64,000 bases of DNA from Isurus oxyrinchus (lineage: Eukaryota): positions 44,950,001 through 45,014,000 of the forward strand of contig JANJGN010000016.1 of assembly GCA_026770705.1 (NCBI GenBank), written 5' to 3'. Made by a program: the position numbers and the translations under genes. Every line of letters starts with the position of its first letter. Within the stretch, counting starts at the first letter, position 1. The notes beneath the pieces were generated by a model. It was not told the DNA's origin. It saw nothing but the letters and a program-made list of their open reading frames with translations, and did not search any database. Of this stretch, positions 63,633 to 64,000 are shown piece by piece.

Positions 63633-64000
63633 AGGCAGAATTTTTGGTCGATGTGTGGGGGGAAGACCCGACACGCCGAAGCGCAATGACGTCGGGCATG
63701 TGTCTTGGCGTCTCCGTGCACCATTGCAATATTTCGGAAGGCGGGTACGCTATGAGCTCCGAGGTGTGCCCACCATTAATTAACGGGCCAGTTAAGGCCC
63801 TTGAGACTGCAATTGAAGATGATTTCTAGCAGCCCGTGCGATTTTCAGTGCATTGCACAGGCGCAACAAGCAGGCGGGCAGGCCACATTTCTAAAAACCT
63901 CATGCACGGGTGGGATAAGATGGGTGAGTGGCCTCACTGATGCGAGTTCTTAGAACTTTAGATTATTATTTGCTACTGCTTCCTTGTGTGAACAGGACAA
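63633..64000. mobile_element. Second related MITE, inverted, running off the window end
   Basis: Starts aggcagaattttt; same order of motifs as 15944/30298, including aaacctcatgcacggg. Confidence 0.75.

Overview
Repeat-dominated eukaryotic (vertebrate) genomic DNA, most likely a cartilaginous fish (shark). This is inferred from the mix of CR1, L2, Tx1, Penelope, Deu-domain SINE, Gypsy and PIF/Harbinger elements. No intact host gene is recognisable; nearly all listed ORFs are transposon fragments or noise. Contents: several CR1 LINEs (one young copy with SGNH-esterase ORF1 plus EN/RT ORF2, nested in an older CR1 inside an L2); a Tx1/L1 3' end with TSD; a TSD-bounded Gypsy provirus; a decayed SCAN-like-gag LTR element; a 5'-truncated Penelope-like element (RT + GIY-YIG); decayed Harbinger Myb/transposase genes; and about 12 Harbinger-type MITEs with 3-bp TSDs and conserved internal hairpins. 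The most interesting signal is a minimal type I hammerhead ribozyme motif at the Penelope 3' end. The same motif occurs in short palindromic non-autonomous elements dispersed through the window, and one copy carries motifs on both strands. A few splice-site-bounded segments may be exons of an unidentified host gene, pseudogene or lncRNA.
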